In this document: positions 39,982 through 49,619 of the stretch, piece after piece
How positions within the stretch are numbered: the stretch's first letter is position 1
How the letters are laid out: every line of letters begins with the position of its first letter
Assembly: GCA_029974275.1 (NCBI GenBank)
Contig: JARKSN010000030.1
Location: 1 to 64,000 of the forward strand
Source of the DNA: Candidatus Hydrogenedentota bacterium
Lineage (GTDB): Bacteria; Hydrogenedentota; Hydrogenedentia; Hydrogenedentales; SLHB01
Direction: 5' to 3'
DNA: 64,000 bases
Program-made: the position numbers and the translations under genes
Notes under the pieces: generated by a model
Databases searched by the model: none
Told to the model about the DNA's origin: nothing
The model's input: only the letters and a program-made list of their open reading frames with translations

Positions 39982-41082
39982 ATGCGCGTGTTGTTGAACG
40001 CTTTGCAGGCGGCCAATCGCAGCGGGACGGGCACGTACGTCACGCACCTCGCGCGCTGTTTGCCCGAGGCCGCGCCCGACCTCGAACTGTTCCTCGCTTG
40101 GCCGAAGGACGCCCCGCGCCCGCCACACGCAGCGGACAGCCGCGTCACGTACCTTCCGCGCACGGGCGCGGGTCTTGGGCGATCGCTGTATGAACAGTGG
40201 AGCCTGCGCAACGAAGCGCGACGCCTCCGCGTCGATCGCGTTCATTATCCCAGCACCATCGGGCCGCTGCTGGCGACGTCCAGCCTTGTGTTGACCGTTC
40301 ACGATCTCGCGTATCTCATCGAACCGACGTGGTTTCCGGCGGGGCGTTTGGCCTACCTGCGGGCCGTCGTGCCGAGGGCCGTACGACAGGCGCGACGCAT
40401 CATCGCCGTTTCCCACGCGACCGCGCAGGACCTTCACGAGCGTTTGCGCGTGCCGCTCGATCGCATCGACGTCATTCATGAAGGCGTCGACATGCAACGC
40501 TTTCACGAGACGTCTCCCCAACAACACGCCGCCGCACGCGCGAAGCACCGTTTGCCCGAACGCTATGTTCTTTTTCTTGGAACGCTGGAACCGCGCAAGA
40601 ATCTCGTGCGTTTGATCGATGCGTGGTCGGCGATTGCCGGAGAGTGCCCGTACGATTTGGTGTTGGCAGGACGGGACGGTTGGAAGTGCCAGCCCATCCA
40701 CGACGCGGCAAACCGTTCGCCGCACGCGCCACGCATCCACCGTCCGGGATTCATCGCACCGGAGGACATGGCGGCGGTGATCGGCGGCGCGGTCGCCGTG
40801 GCATTTCCCAGCCTGTACGAAGGCTTCGGGCTGCCCGTGATCGAAGCGATGGCGTGCGGCGTCCCCGTAGTCACGTCGAATCTATCGAGCCTGCCCGAAA
40901 TCGCAGGCGATGCCGCCGTGTTGGTGGACCCGCGGGATCGCGATGCCCTGGCCCATGCGTTGGCGCAGGTAACTTCCGACGTCGCGCTTCGCGACGATTT
41001 GCGCCGGAAAGGACTGGCGCGCGCCGCCGCATTCACCTGGCTTCGCGCCGCCCAGCAGACCGCCCAGGTCTATTCCAGATAA
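39982..41082 (+). CDS. Glycosyltransferase family 4 (mannosyltransferase-like)
   Basis: SGTGTY, TVHDL, GTLEPRKN, YEGFGLPVIEA. Confidence 0.92.
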   Translation: MRVLLNALQAANRSGTGTYVTHLARCLPEAAPDLELFLAWPKDAPRPPHAADSRVTYLPRTGAGLGRSLYEQWSLRNEARRLRVDRVHYPSTIGPLLATSSLVLTVHDLAYLIEPTWFPAGRLAYLRAVVPRAVRQARRIIAVSHATAQDLHERLRVPLDRIDVIHEGVDMQRFHETSPQQHAAARAKHRLPERYVLFLGTLEPRKNLVRLIDAWSAIAGECPYDLVLAGRDGWKCQPIHDAANRSPHAPRIHRPGFIAPEDMAAVIGGAVAVAFPSLYEGFGLPVIEAMACGVPVVTSNLSSLPEIAGDAAVLVDPRDRDALAHALAQVTSDVALRDDLRRKGLARAAAFTWLRAAQQTAQVYSR

Positions 41083-41112
41083 AGCATATCTCTCGGAGGC
41101 TTCGGGCGGCGT

Positions 41113-44100
41113 TCAGAGAAGGCGAAGGGCGGCGTTGATGACGAGTTGGACGTCGAGAGCGTCGATGGAACCGTTGCCATCGACATCGCAATTGAAGCCC
41201 GTCTCCATTTTCAACGCCGCATTGATGACCAACTGGACGTCCAGGGCGTCCCACGCCCCGTCGCCGTTGATGTCGGCCGCTTCGATCAATGTGAGAGATG
41301 CATACTGTTGGTTCACGGCCACGGTCGCGCCGGACTCGGATAGGGCGATCGTGGCAGTTGCGGGGGTGACGAAACGGCCAATGCCAATCACTTCCTTGAA
41401 GAATATCGCGTGCTCGCCGAGGGGCAATTCCACAGCTTCGCCGCTGGGCATCCAGGAACCGTCTCCAACGCGCCACTGGGCTCCGCCAGCAATCGCCGCT
41501 TCGGGACCCAGCGTCACCCGGAGCAGCCCGGTTTGCCGCACATACGTGGCGTGCGTTGCCGTCGCAGGTCCGTCGACAATGTCAACCAGAGTCTCTGGAG
41601 GCGGATTCCATCCTGGCACGGAAGCAAAATCGATCCGATGACTGCCCAACGTTAGATCATCGAGTTGCGCGCCGCTAGGTTGCCATGCTCCCCCGTCAAC
41701 GCGCCACTGCGCGCCCGCTGCGACGGCGTCCTCCGGTCCGATGGTGACAATCAACGATCCGGTGCGTTCGATATACGCGACGGAAAGAAGCGTTTCGGCG
41801 CCGTCGGAAATGGCCGCCGGCATGTCTTGGGGCTCGGTCCAACCCGGCACGGACGCGAACGATACCGTGTGGGAACCTGGAGGTAGCCCGTCGACGCGCG
41901 CGTCAGAGTTTTGCCACGCCCCGCCGTCGACGCGCCACTGCGCGCCTGCGCTGAGGGCGGCCTCGGGGGATATGTGAACGCGCAAACTGCCTTGAGGCGG
42001 CGGAAGGTAGGTGAGCGGCACGGCATTGCTGGTCACGTCTCCCGAGCAAATCACCGTAACGTCCACGCTGCCTTCGGGAAGGGCGGGCGCGGCGACCTGA
42101 ATCTCCGTGTCGGACACAAGGGTGAACGCGGCGACAACGGTTTCGCCGAACAGAACGGCCGTGCAGCCGGTCAGCGCCGATCCCTTGATGACGATGGATT
42201 CGCTTGCGTGGGCGAAAATGGCGTCTGGGGATAGGCTGTCGATCGTCGGCGGCACATCGACGTACAAAAAAGCGTTCTCTAGACGCGCTTCGCCGCCCGC
42301 CGCCAACACCCGGATGTCGGCGGTTCCCGCAGGGAAAGCGGGCGCGACAGCTTCGATAAGCGTCGGGCCCTTGACGTCCACCTGCAGCGCGGGGACGTCG
42401 CCGAAAAAGACCTTCACGGGGGCAAGGAAATTCGTTCCCCATAGGGTGACGCGCGCGCCGCCGCGAACGCTGGACGATGGCGGCGTGGCGAGACGCAGGG
42501 TGGGCGGGGCGGGCGTCGCATCCTGAATGCCTAACAGCACGACGTCGTCGATGTTCCAGCCCGCGCGCGTCTCGATGGAATCGGTTGGGCCCATGCCCCA
42601 TCGGAGATACACCGTCGCCTGTCCGTCGGCCACGGCGGAAATGTTATACGTCACGGACGTCCACGCACTGTCCTGAGCGACGATTCCGTCGTTGCTCCAT
42701 ATCACCGTCCACGTGATGCCGTCGTTGCTCGCTTCGATGTCCGCATAGTCCAATTCGCCCATTTCTGCCGATAGCCAGCGGTAGAACGAAAGCGAAACCT
42801 GCCGATGTCCCGAACAATCCATGGCCGTGGTTGTCAGGTATTCGGTCGATTCCATTCCGTTTGGATACGCTCCGTTCAGGTTGTACCCGAAAAGGGTTGA
42901 TCCCGTGTGTGCGACCAGGGGGTCTCCGCTCAATCCTTGCGGCGATCCGAACATCCACAGCCCCTCGCGGGTCCATTGGGGGTCTGTGTCGAACGGAAAC
43001 GCAACGATCACGCTTTTGTTGATGGTCAACGAAGCGACATGTTGAACGGTTACGCCCGTCAGCAGATTGTTGAACAACACGACGCCTTGATAGGTTCCGG
43101 GCGCAAGCGAGGCGGCCGCGCTTGACAGCGCCACCGTGATCTCGGCCGACTCTCCGGAAGCCAGGACTCCCTGTCCTGGCGTCACGGAAAGCCACTCCGC
43201 TGGGCTGTAGGCTGTCCACGACACCGAGTCTTGTGCGTAGTTCGTGACCGTGTACGTCCGTTCTGACGGCGTGAAGGGTCCTCCTTTCAAGCCGGAACTC
43301 ACGAAGGGGTCGTTGGGCGAAACAAGCCAGTAGTGCTGTTGATCGAAGGTCATGACGGGCCCGGGCTCGCTGATGTTCGCGATATTGAGGTCTGACGAGG
43401 ATCCGTCCCACCAGCGCGTGCTGGGCGACGTCCACGGGCCGCACTCGGCGTATTGGGGAGCCTTCCAAAGGTCCGATGCATCGCCCGCGTTCTGGTTGCG
43501 CTCGAGGTCCCAGCGTCCATCCGCTTGCACAAGGGTCACTTTGTAGTGCCGCGCCGGCGTCATTTGCTGGTAATCGTTGCTGCCGTCCTTGTCGATATGC
43601 CAGATGGCCAGACCGCTGTCGGGCAAGCGTTCGTCTCGCCCGGTTTGGTGACGGTTCTCGATCAAGTAATACTCGCGGTTGTTCGAGGAATTTGCGTATT
43701 TGAAGATTGTTCCTTCGGCTGCGGAAGCCGAGAAAGCCGATCCCGGCGCGTTCAGCAAGACAGGCGTCACCCACCCCGCCTGTTCGCGCAGATACGCGCA
43801 GGGTTTGACGGGCCGCTTCGCGAAGGCGCCGCCCCCCATCAGGCAATACGCGCCGACCCCGCGCGAGTCGGCGTCGTAGTCGTACAAGTCAGGCCATCCG
43901 AAAAGCATATGGCCGTTTTCGTGACAAAACGTGCCGATGCCCAAATCATTCCCCATGTCCGTGATTTGGTACGTCGCGACGTAGACGCCGTCCAATATCG
44001 CAAACGGAGATCCGCTGCGGTTATGCGGCCATAAACCCGCTCCCCAGCCGCTTGTGGCGGTTCCTGCGTACAGCACGTTCACCGCGTCTACGAATCCGTC

Positions 44101-44904
44101 ATGGTTGGCATCGTATGCCGAGAAACTGAAGCCCTGATTGTTGAGCCAATGCAGGGCCTCGACGACGAGTTCCAGCGTCTTGGCGTGGGCGAAATCGGCG
44201 GGGTCGTCATAATACGATTTGGGGCGCGAGGCGCGATAGTAGACGCCGGGCACGTAGTTTGTGTAGGTAAGCAGGCCGCCCGACACATCCCCAAAATAGT
44301 CGCGAACCGACCCCTGGTTGTCATAACCGGAATATCCGGTTTGGTTGCAGAAATCGCGCACTTCCGCAGCGGATACGGTCTGCGGTTCGTCTGAAAAATC
44401 GACGAGCAGGCACAGGCCGTTCACCGTGCCAACGGACGGCAACGAAGAAAAGACATGCGGATATCCGCTCTTGGCGGAGGAGACGGTTTCCCATGCGGCC
44501 CGGGCGGCGCGCGCCTTCGCGGCGGATGATTCGGGCAGAACGCGCAGATGAGGCGTCACTTCGGCACGCTTGGGAGGCGGGTACGACGCCGATATCTCCG
44601 TGGAGACGAGTTCCGTTGCGTCCGCTGACAACCGGGCGTAGCAGATTTCACCGCTGTCCGGGTCGCGAACAAGCGTATAGCCGTCGAGGGATTCAACGAC
44701 TTGGTAGAATTCGTCGCCCCACGCCCGCGTCTGCACCAGGGATCCGCCGGGTTGACGCAACGCCATCGCCTTCCCGAAAACCGGCCCGGCCTCCGCTTCC
44801 GGCGCGGTGAAAAACCACGCCGCAACAACGCCGGCAATTATCAGGAGTTCGCAGATAAGCCGCTTCGGCGCGGCGTTTGGCATCGGAAGTAGTTTATCGG
44901 CCAT
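41113..44904 (-). CDS. Secreted M6 (immune inhibitor A) metalloprotease with BACON-like, IPT/TIG, three PEGA-like repeats and a dockerin-like tail
   Basis: Signal peptide, WGDEFY prodomain, HENGHMLFGWPDLYD, YYLIENR, GAQWRVDGG x3, two Dx[N/D]G[D/N]G..DALDVQLVINAAL repeats; start 44904 or 44883. Confidence 0.88.
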   Translation of the reverse strand: MADKLLPMPNAAPKRLICELLIIAGVVAAWFFTAPEAEAGPVFGKAMALRQPGGSLVQTRAWGDEFYQVVESLDGYTLVRDPDSGEICYARLSADATELVSTEISASYPPPKRAEVTPHLRVLPESSAAKARAARAAWETVSSAKSGYPHVFSSLPSVGTVNGLCLLVDFSDEPQTVSAAEVRDFCNQTGYSGYDNQGSVRDYFGDVSGGLLTYTNYVPGVYYRASRPKSYYDDPADFAHAKTLELVVEALHWLNNQGFSFSAYDANHDGFVDAVNVLYAGTATSGWGAGLWPHNRSGSPFAILDGVYVATYQITDMGNDLGIGTFCHENGHMLFGWPDLYDYDADSRGVGAYCLMGGGAFAKRPVKPCAYLREQAGWVTPVLLNAPGSAFSASAAEGTIFKYANSSNNREYYLIENRHQTGRDERLPDSGLAIWHIDKDGSNDYQQMTPARHYKVTLVQADGRWDLERNQNAGDASDLWKAPQYAECGPWTSPSTRWWDGSSSDLNIANISEPGPVMTFDQQHYWLVSPNDPFVSSGLKGGPFTPSERTYTVTNYAQDSVSWTAYSPAEWLSVTPGQGVLASGESAEITVALSSAAASLAPGTYQGVVLFNNLLTGVTVQHVASLTINKSVIVAFPFDTDPQWTREGLWMFGSPQGLSGDPLVAHTGSTLFGYNLNGAYPNGMESTEYLTTTAMDCSGHRQVSLSFYRWLSAEMGELDYADIEASNDGITWTVIWSNDGIVAQDSAWTSVTYNISAVADGQATVYLRWGMGPTDSIETRAGWNIDDVVLLGIQDATPAPPTLRLATPPSSSVRGGARVTLWGTNFLAPVKVFFGDVPALQVDVKGPTLIEAVAPAFPAGTADIRVLAAGGEARLENAFLYVDVPPTIDSLSPDAIFAHASESIVIKGSALTGCTAVLFGETVVAAFTLVSDTEIQVAAPALPEGSVDVTVICSGDVTSNAVPLTYLPPPQGSLRVHISPEAALSAGAQWRVDGGAWQNSDARVDGLPPGSHTVSFASVPGWTEPQDMPAAISDGAETLLSVAYIERTGSLIVTIGPEDAVAAGAQWRVDGGAWQPSGAQLDDLTLGSHRIDFASVPGWNPPPETLVDIVDGPATATHATYVRQTGLLRVTLGPEAAIAGGAQWRVGDGSWMPSGEAVELPLGEHAIFFKEVIGIGRFVTPATATIALSESGATVAVNQQYASLTLIEAADINGDGAWDALDVQLVINAALKMETGFNCDVDGNGSIDALDVQLVINAALRLL

Positions 44905-45091
44905 GCTCGTCGTAACGGTTACACGTCCGCACAATTGCGCGTATGGTTTCATGTGCTTGCTGCAAAGAATGAAAATCGAACGAGGAAAGCGGTTCGGCGG
45001 CAAGGGATGGCTTGGCGGGCTGTTCCTCGCGGCGTTTCTGAGGGCCGTAGTTGGAATCCGAGTTCCCGTAACGCGTCGCGTCGCTCATCAT
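44894..45091 (-). CDS. Small hypothetical protein (65 aa)
   Basis: Strong RBS AAGGGAGG upstream; stop overlaps the protease start region; no recognisable motif. Confidence 0.45.
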   Translation of the reverse strand: MMSDATRYGNSDSNYGPQKRREEQPAKPSLAAEPLSSFDFHSLQQAHETIRAIVRTCNRYDEHGR

Positions 45092-45405
45092 GTCCCGGCC
45101 CTCCCTTTTCTCAAGGGTAACGGACTTTCACACACATGCCGACCTACGAAAAAACATATCCCTACCAAATGAGGCCACTTGAATTACGGAAAAATGTTCC
45201 ACCCCGCCTGCGGTGCATGGCAAAATGCGTGTACTCCCCCCTCTTGTACTTTTCCGCGTCCCGCAAACCCCGCGCAAAAATCGTGTTTCTTGTTCCTTTC
45301 TCTGTCTCATTATGCCATGATCTCGAAAAATGTGCAACCGATTTCTCGCTTTCCATGCATGCGCCGGGCGTCCTCCCCTGTGTTTGGATGTGGCGATCGC
45401 GCTGG

Positions 45406-46221
45406 TCAGAAGGTCATGATGGCGTTCAGTGCGGTGATCACATGCCGCAACATGGTTTCCCGGCTGTGGGAATATGTCCAGTATTCGGCGGTCAGGGGAC
45501 CGTCGAAACCTACGTCGCCGAGCGCTTCCATAACGGCGGGCCAGTTGACGTCGCCCTCCATGAGCATGACGAAGCCGCCGAGGGTGGCGACGGCAGCGCG
45601 AAAGTCCTTCATGTGAACGGCCCGGATACGGTGGGCCAGGATGCGAATCCAATGTTCGGGATAGCCGTAGGGAATAATGTTGCCGACGTCGACGTAGGCC
45701 CCCACCCACGGGCTCTCGCATTGGTCGATAAAGTCACGCATTTCGGTCGGGCTGAGAAGCAATTTGTTCCATACGTTCTCGACGGCGATGGCGACGGCGG
45801 CGCGTTCAGCATCGGGAAGCAGGGCTTGAACGCCTGCGAGAGCGTTCTCGAGAGCCTCGTCGTATGAGGTGGCCGCGTCAACGACGCCGGGCACGACGAG
45901 CAGGGCTTTCGCGCCGAGCCATCCGCCAATTTGTAGGGCTTTCCGGTTCGATTCAATGCCTTTTGCGCGAACGGCGGGATCGATGGAAGACATGGGGACC
46001 TGCCACCCCATGCCGCTGGCGATGCTGTGCAGCACTATGTCTTCTTTTTCTGCATGACGCCGTATGGCGGTCGCTTCCGCTTCGGTGAGGGTGATGGGGG
46101 TCGGGCCTTGTTCGCCCACGCACAGTTCGAACGCTTGGAAACCCAACCGTTTGGCCCATGAAATGGCCTCAACGGCGGGCATGGCATCGGGAAAAGCCCA
46201 CTGATTGATTCCAGGTTTCAT
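45406..46221 (-). CDS. Sugar phosphate isomerase/epimerase (AP-endonuclease-2 TIM barrel)
   Basis: ENVWNK, DVGN, HMKD, GDVNW, TAE; RBS AGGAGG. Confidence 0.9.
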   Translation of the reverse strand: MKPGINQWAFPDAMPAVEAISWAKRLGFQAFELCVGEQGPTPITLTEAEATAIRRHAEKEDIVLHSIASGMGWQVPMSSIDPAVRAKGIESNRKALQIGGWLGAKALLVVPGVVDAATSYDEALENALAGVQALLPDAERAAVAIAVENVWNKLLLSPTEMRDFIDQCESPWVGAYVDVGNIIPYGYPEHWIRILAHRIRAVHMKDFRAAVATLGGFVMLMEGDVNWPAVMEALGDVGFDGPLTAEYWTYSHSRETMLRHVITALNAIMTF

Positions 46222-46409
46222 TGGTTTCCTCCTTTTGCTTCTCTTTATTTCCATCCGGCGTAATCGAAGCCCGACATACGTTGTTCGACGTTCGATCCGC
46301 TTTTGTTGTTATGGTTCCCCAGAAACCACGAGACAATTGTGTTCCGAAACGATTATCCGAAACGTCCCGCAAAACAACCTGAAGCGCCTGTGGCGATGCG
46401 GCACTCCCG

Positions 46410-48275
46410 CTACTGGGCCGCGAAGACCTCGATCGCGCGCAGGCACGTCTCGCGCCTCATTTCCGGAACCACGATTTCCTGGCCGCCTCCGGGGCGTTTT
46501 CCCGAATCGCTGGTCCGAGTGATATACAAGCGGACCGCTTTCGTCGAAACCGGCGCAAAGATGTGGAGATACTCGAACTCGTTGGGTCGAAAGATGTACT
46601 CTCCGGGGCCGCCGTAGAACTCGATATAGCGTTTTGCGTTTTCCACGGGCGGGATAAGATCGACCCACTTGCCTTCTTTCAGGCATTGCAGCCGGTAATC
46701 GAGGGGAACGCACTCGGTGCTGGGGCGGTTGTACCACTCCGGGGCGCCGGGCTGAAGGTGGATTTCGTCGATGCGCTGCTTTTTCGACCAGTGCAGTTCC
46801 ACCCATGCGGGAAGAGTCTCTAGGGTCAGCACCGGTTGGTTGTAGGGATTCCGAAGGATCAGCGTCGGGGCGTCGTCGCTCGCAGAGGCGATCACCCGAG
46901 CGCCCGCATCGGACATGGCCACGTTGCGCTTATTCGGTTGGGCCGGGCAGTAGACCGACAGTTTTTTTCGAGAGAGGTCTGGGTTGTATTCATTGCGCAG
47001 ACGGGAATCGAAGGGCGCCTCCGCGATCGTCCGGTCGGCGTTTACGGGCGCGTCGCTCGGAGTCCAGCTCACGAGGCCAATATCCAACATGCCAGGTCCT
47101 GGCACGTTGCGGCGCCCTGTGGTATACGCGGTCAGCAGCGAACCGTCCGGCAACAGCACGGTCGATGTCATTTGGCTAAAGCAAGACCAAGCATGGGGTC
47201 CCCTTTTGATGGCCTTCCACCGGTTCAGGATATAGCGGTGGTCCAAGTCCCATGTCTGTCCATTGTCATGGCTGACGACCGCCTCAACGCCGAATTGCAG
47301 GTAGCCGTCCGTAGTCTCGGGATAGCCCTTGCGCACGACGTACGTCATCACGATGTCGCCATTGGGCGTGAGGACCATGCTTGGGTGATGCCGTCCCCAA
47401 TCATAAAGCATTGCCGGGGCGGACCACGTCTCGCCGTTATCTTTGGAGATGGAGACGCCCAAGCCGTCGTAGTTGTCGAGGTTGTTTTTGTGGAATCGCG
47501 TGGGCCAATCGACCCGGCACGCAGCAACCAAGTCGCCGTTCTTAGCCCGGACAAACGCAATCTCGCTGCAGCCGCGCCACTGCGACGGGTTGACGACGTC
47601 GCTCCATGTTCGGCCCATGTCCGTACTGGTGCGCAGTCCCCCGAGGGAGAAGCCGGGCATTGCAGCGCCCTTGTAGGCGAGTTGATCCATGAGATAACCG
47701 CCGAGAAGCAGTCGTTTCACTTCACCACTCGACACATCACGGTCCACGAGCGGCGGGTCCCAGCCAAAGCAATACGTAAAACGGCTGTCGAAAGGAGACG
47801 GAACTGCGGCGCGATCGCTCCACGTTTCGCCATAGTCGGAACTGAACCAACCCCAGAATCCGTCGCTGGTTCCCGAGAACAGGGAGAGCTTGCCATTGCC
47901 CAAGTAGGTAAGGCCGCACCCCATGCCGGTGTCGGGGTTTCCCGATGCGTCCGTGTGGACATATCCGCGCTTCGACCATGTCGCGCCGCGATCGTCGCTT
48001 CGCAGAATCAACGCGCCGCCGCAATCGACGATCATCAACAGACGATCTTTTTCGGGAAGGTAGATGACGTAGGGAACGGACACCACGGTGTTCCAGCTTT
48101 CCGTCATGATCTGCGTTTTTGCGTCAAGTTCCCGCTGCTCGGTCCGACCGTTGAACTGAATGACCCTGTGGGGTTTCCACTGAGCCCACGCGGCGACCGA
48201 CGGAAGGAGAATGATTCCTGAAAGAAATAGAGAGATGCTCAAGAGGCATCTCTTTGCAGCGTTCGCTCTGACCAT
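46410..48275 (-). CDS. Exported BNR/Asp-box sialidase-like protein with a C-terminal discoidin-like domain
   Basis: Five S-x-D-x-G-x-T-W boxes; signal peptide; RNVA...WVEL...LDYRLQ...KAVRLYIT...LRAIEVF. Confidence 0.82.
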   Translation of the reverse strand: MVRANAAKRCLLSISLFLSGIILLPSVAAWAQWKPHRVIQFNGRTEQRELDAKTQIMTESWNTVVSVPYVIYLPEKDRLLMIVDCGGALILRSDDRGATWSKRGYVHTDASGNPDTGMGCGLTYLGNGKLSLFSGTSDGFWGWFSSDYGETWSDRAAVPSPFDSRFTYCFGWDPPLVDRDVSSGEVKRLLLGGYLMDQLAYKGAAMPGFSLGGLRTSTDMGRTWSDVVNPSQWRGCSEIAFVRAKNGDLVAACRVDWPTRFHKNNLDNYDGLGVSISKDNGETWSAPAMLYDWGRHHPSMVLTPNGDIVMTYVVRKGYPETTDGYLQFGVEAVVSHDNGQTWDLDHRYILNRWKAIKRGPHAWSCFSQMTSTVLLPDGSLLTAYTTGRRNVPGPGMLDIGLVSWTPSDAPVNADRTIAEAPFDSRLRNEYNPDLSRKKLSVYCPAQPNKRNVAMSDAGARVIASASDDAPTLILRNPYNQPVLTLETLPAWVELHWSKKQRIDEIHLQPGAPEWYNRPSTECVPLDYRLQCLKEGKWVDLIPPVENAKRYIEFYGGPGEYIFRPNEFEYLHIFAPVSTKAVRLYITRTSDSGKRPGGGQEIVVPEMRRETCLRAIEVFAAQ

Positions 48276-48323
48276 GATGAAACATCCTTTTCTGGCAGGC
48301 GCCTTCTCTGCTTTCCGCTTGTG

Positions 48324-49361
48324 CTATTGTTCCGGGTCGGGTTTGGGCTTCTCGATTCGTTCGCCGCGCTTGGGATGCCATTTCTTCCCGTCCGGCGTCA
48401 CCGAAGCCCAGGCATACGTCCCCTTCCGCAAATTGAGCGTAATCAGTTTGCCCCCCTTTGGAAGATGGGGTGTCCCATACGCGATGGAGCCGGTGCAGCG
48501 TCCGTAGACCAGTTCTACGCCGTCCACGACGCCCGAATAATCGTTGATGTGATCATGGCCGCAAAACGTGGCTTTTACCCCGATAGCCCGGAACACCGGC
48601 AATGTCGAGCCGTCCTCGCTCGCCGTGCATGCCTGCTCGCTTCGAAATCCGGTCGCTACCCCAGAAGTCCAGATACCTTCGTATTGCTTTAGCGGAACAT
48701 GGAAGAATGCCATGCGTGGGACCGGTGCTTTGTCGCGTGCCACCAGTGTCTTCATCCATGCCTGCTGCTCCTGACCCATACTGTCCATCTTCGAGTTGAG
48801 ACATACCAGTTGCCACGCCCGCGTGCCATTTGGACGCACGATATCGATCGTGTAATTACCGTCTCCTGCCGCGCCGCGGTAAAGCGAATTCCTGGCCGCA
48901 GCGAGTTCTTTGTGGGCGGCGGGATAGTCGGACACGCGGTCGTGGTTGCCCCAGACAAAAGCCCAAGGCACACCCAGTTTCTCGAACCTCGAGATGGCGT
49001 ACCGCATATAGTGCACGCCCAGTTCATCCTCGTTTTCCGGCCAGACATCCCCGGTGACCATAAGCAGATCGGGCTTGGTCTGGGCGATCAGTATCTCCAT
49101 CATCAGGTTCGTTTCCGCGCATCGCAGCTCCGGGCGAATCTTGCCTTCCTCCTCGTAGAATGCGTAGTGAAGGTCGGTGACTTGCAGAATGCGGAAAGAA
49201 CCGCTTTCGGGCGCGGCGGTCGCGCACACATTTCCGTCGTCTTTCTCTGGGACGATAGTCACTCCAGCGGCATATGCGTGTTGTCCCGGTTGGAAGCAGG
49301 ATAATGCGACCAGCGCCAAGCACAACGCTCCCCAGAAATGGACTTGTATTCGTTTTGACAT
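48324..49361 (-). CDS. Exported calcineurin-like metallophosphoesterase
   Basis: DLH, TGD, GNHD, FFHVP, GHDH motifs; signal peptide. Confidence 0.9.
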   Translation of the reverse strand: MSKRIQVHFWGALCLALVALSCFQPGQHAYAAGVTIVPEKDDGNVCATAAPESGSFRILQVTDLHYAFYEEEGKIRPELRCAETNLMMEILIAQTKPDLLMVTGDVWPENEDELGVHYMRYAISRFEKLGVPWAFVWGNHDRVSDYPAAHKELAAARNSLYRGAAGDGNYTIDIVRPNGTRAWQLVCLNSKMDSMGQEQQAWMKTLVARDKAPVPRMAFFHVPLKQYEGIWTSGVATGFRSEQACTASEDGSTLPVFRAIGVKATFCGHDHINDYSGVVDGVELVYGRCTGSIAYGTPHLPKGGKLITLNLRKGTYAWASVTPDGKKWHPKRGERIEKPKPDPEQ

Positions 49362-49619
49362 ATTTGCGTCTCCCGAAGTTAGCGGTCATCTTTCATCATG
49401 TTGTCTTTTCGTTACTCCGTGCGTCTGGAACAGTTTACGTTGTTAGGACGAAAATTGCCAGGAACCGGAAATCTTCGGCCCCCGGGAAGTAAGGGCCATC
49501 GTGGTTTTTTTACAAAATATGGGGCTGGGGCTGAAAAAAACACTTTCTATTGTGTTGTCAGCTTTGGTATACTAGAGCCCAACACAATATAGGCAACGTG
49601 TACTATGGGGTGGTATGCA

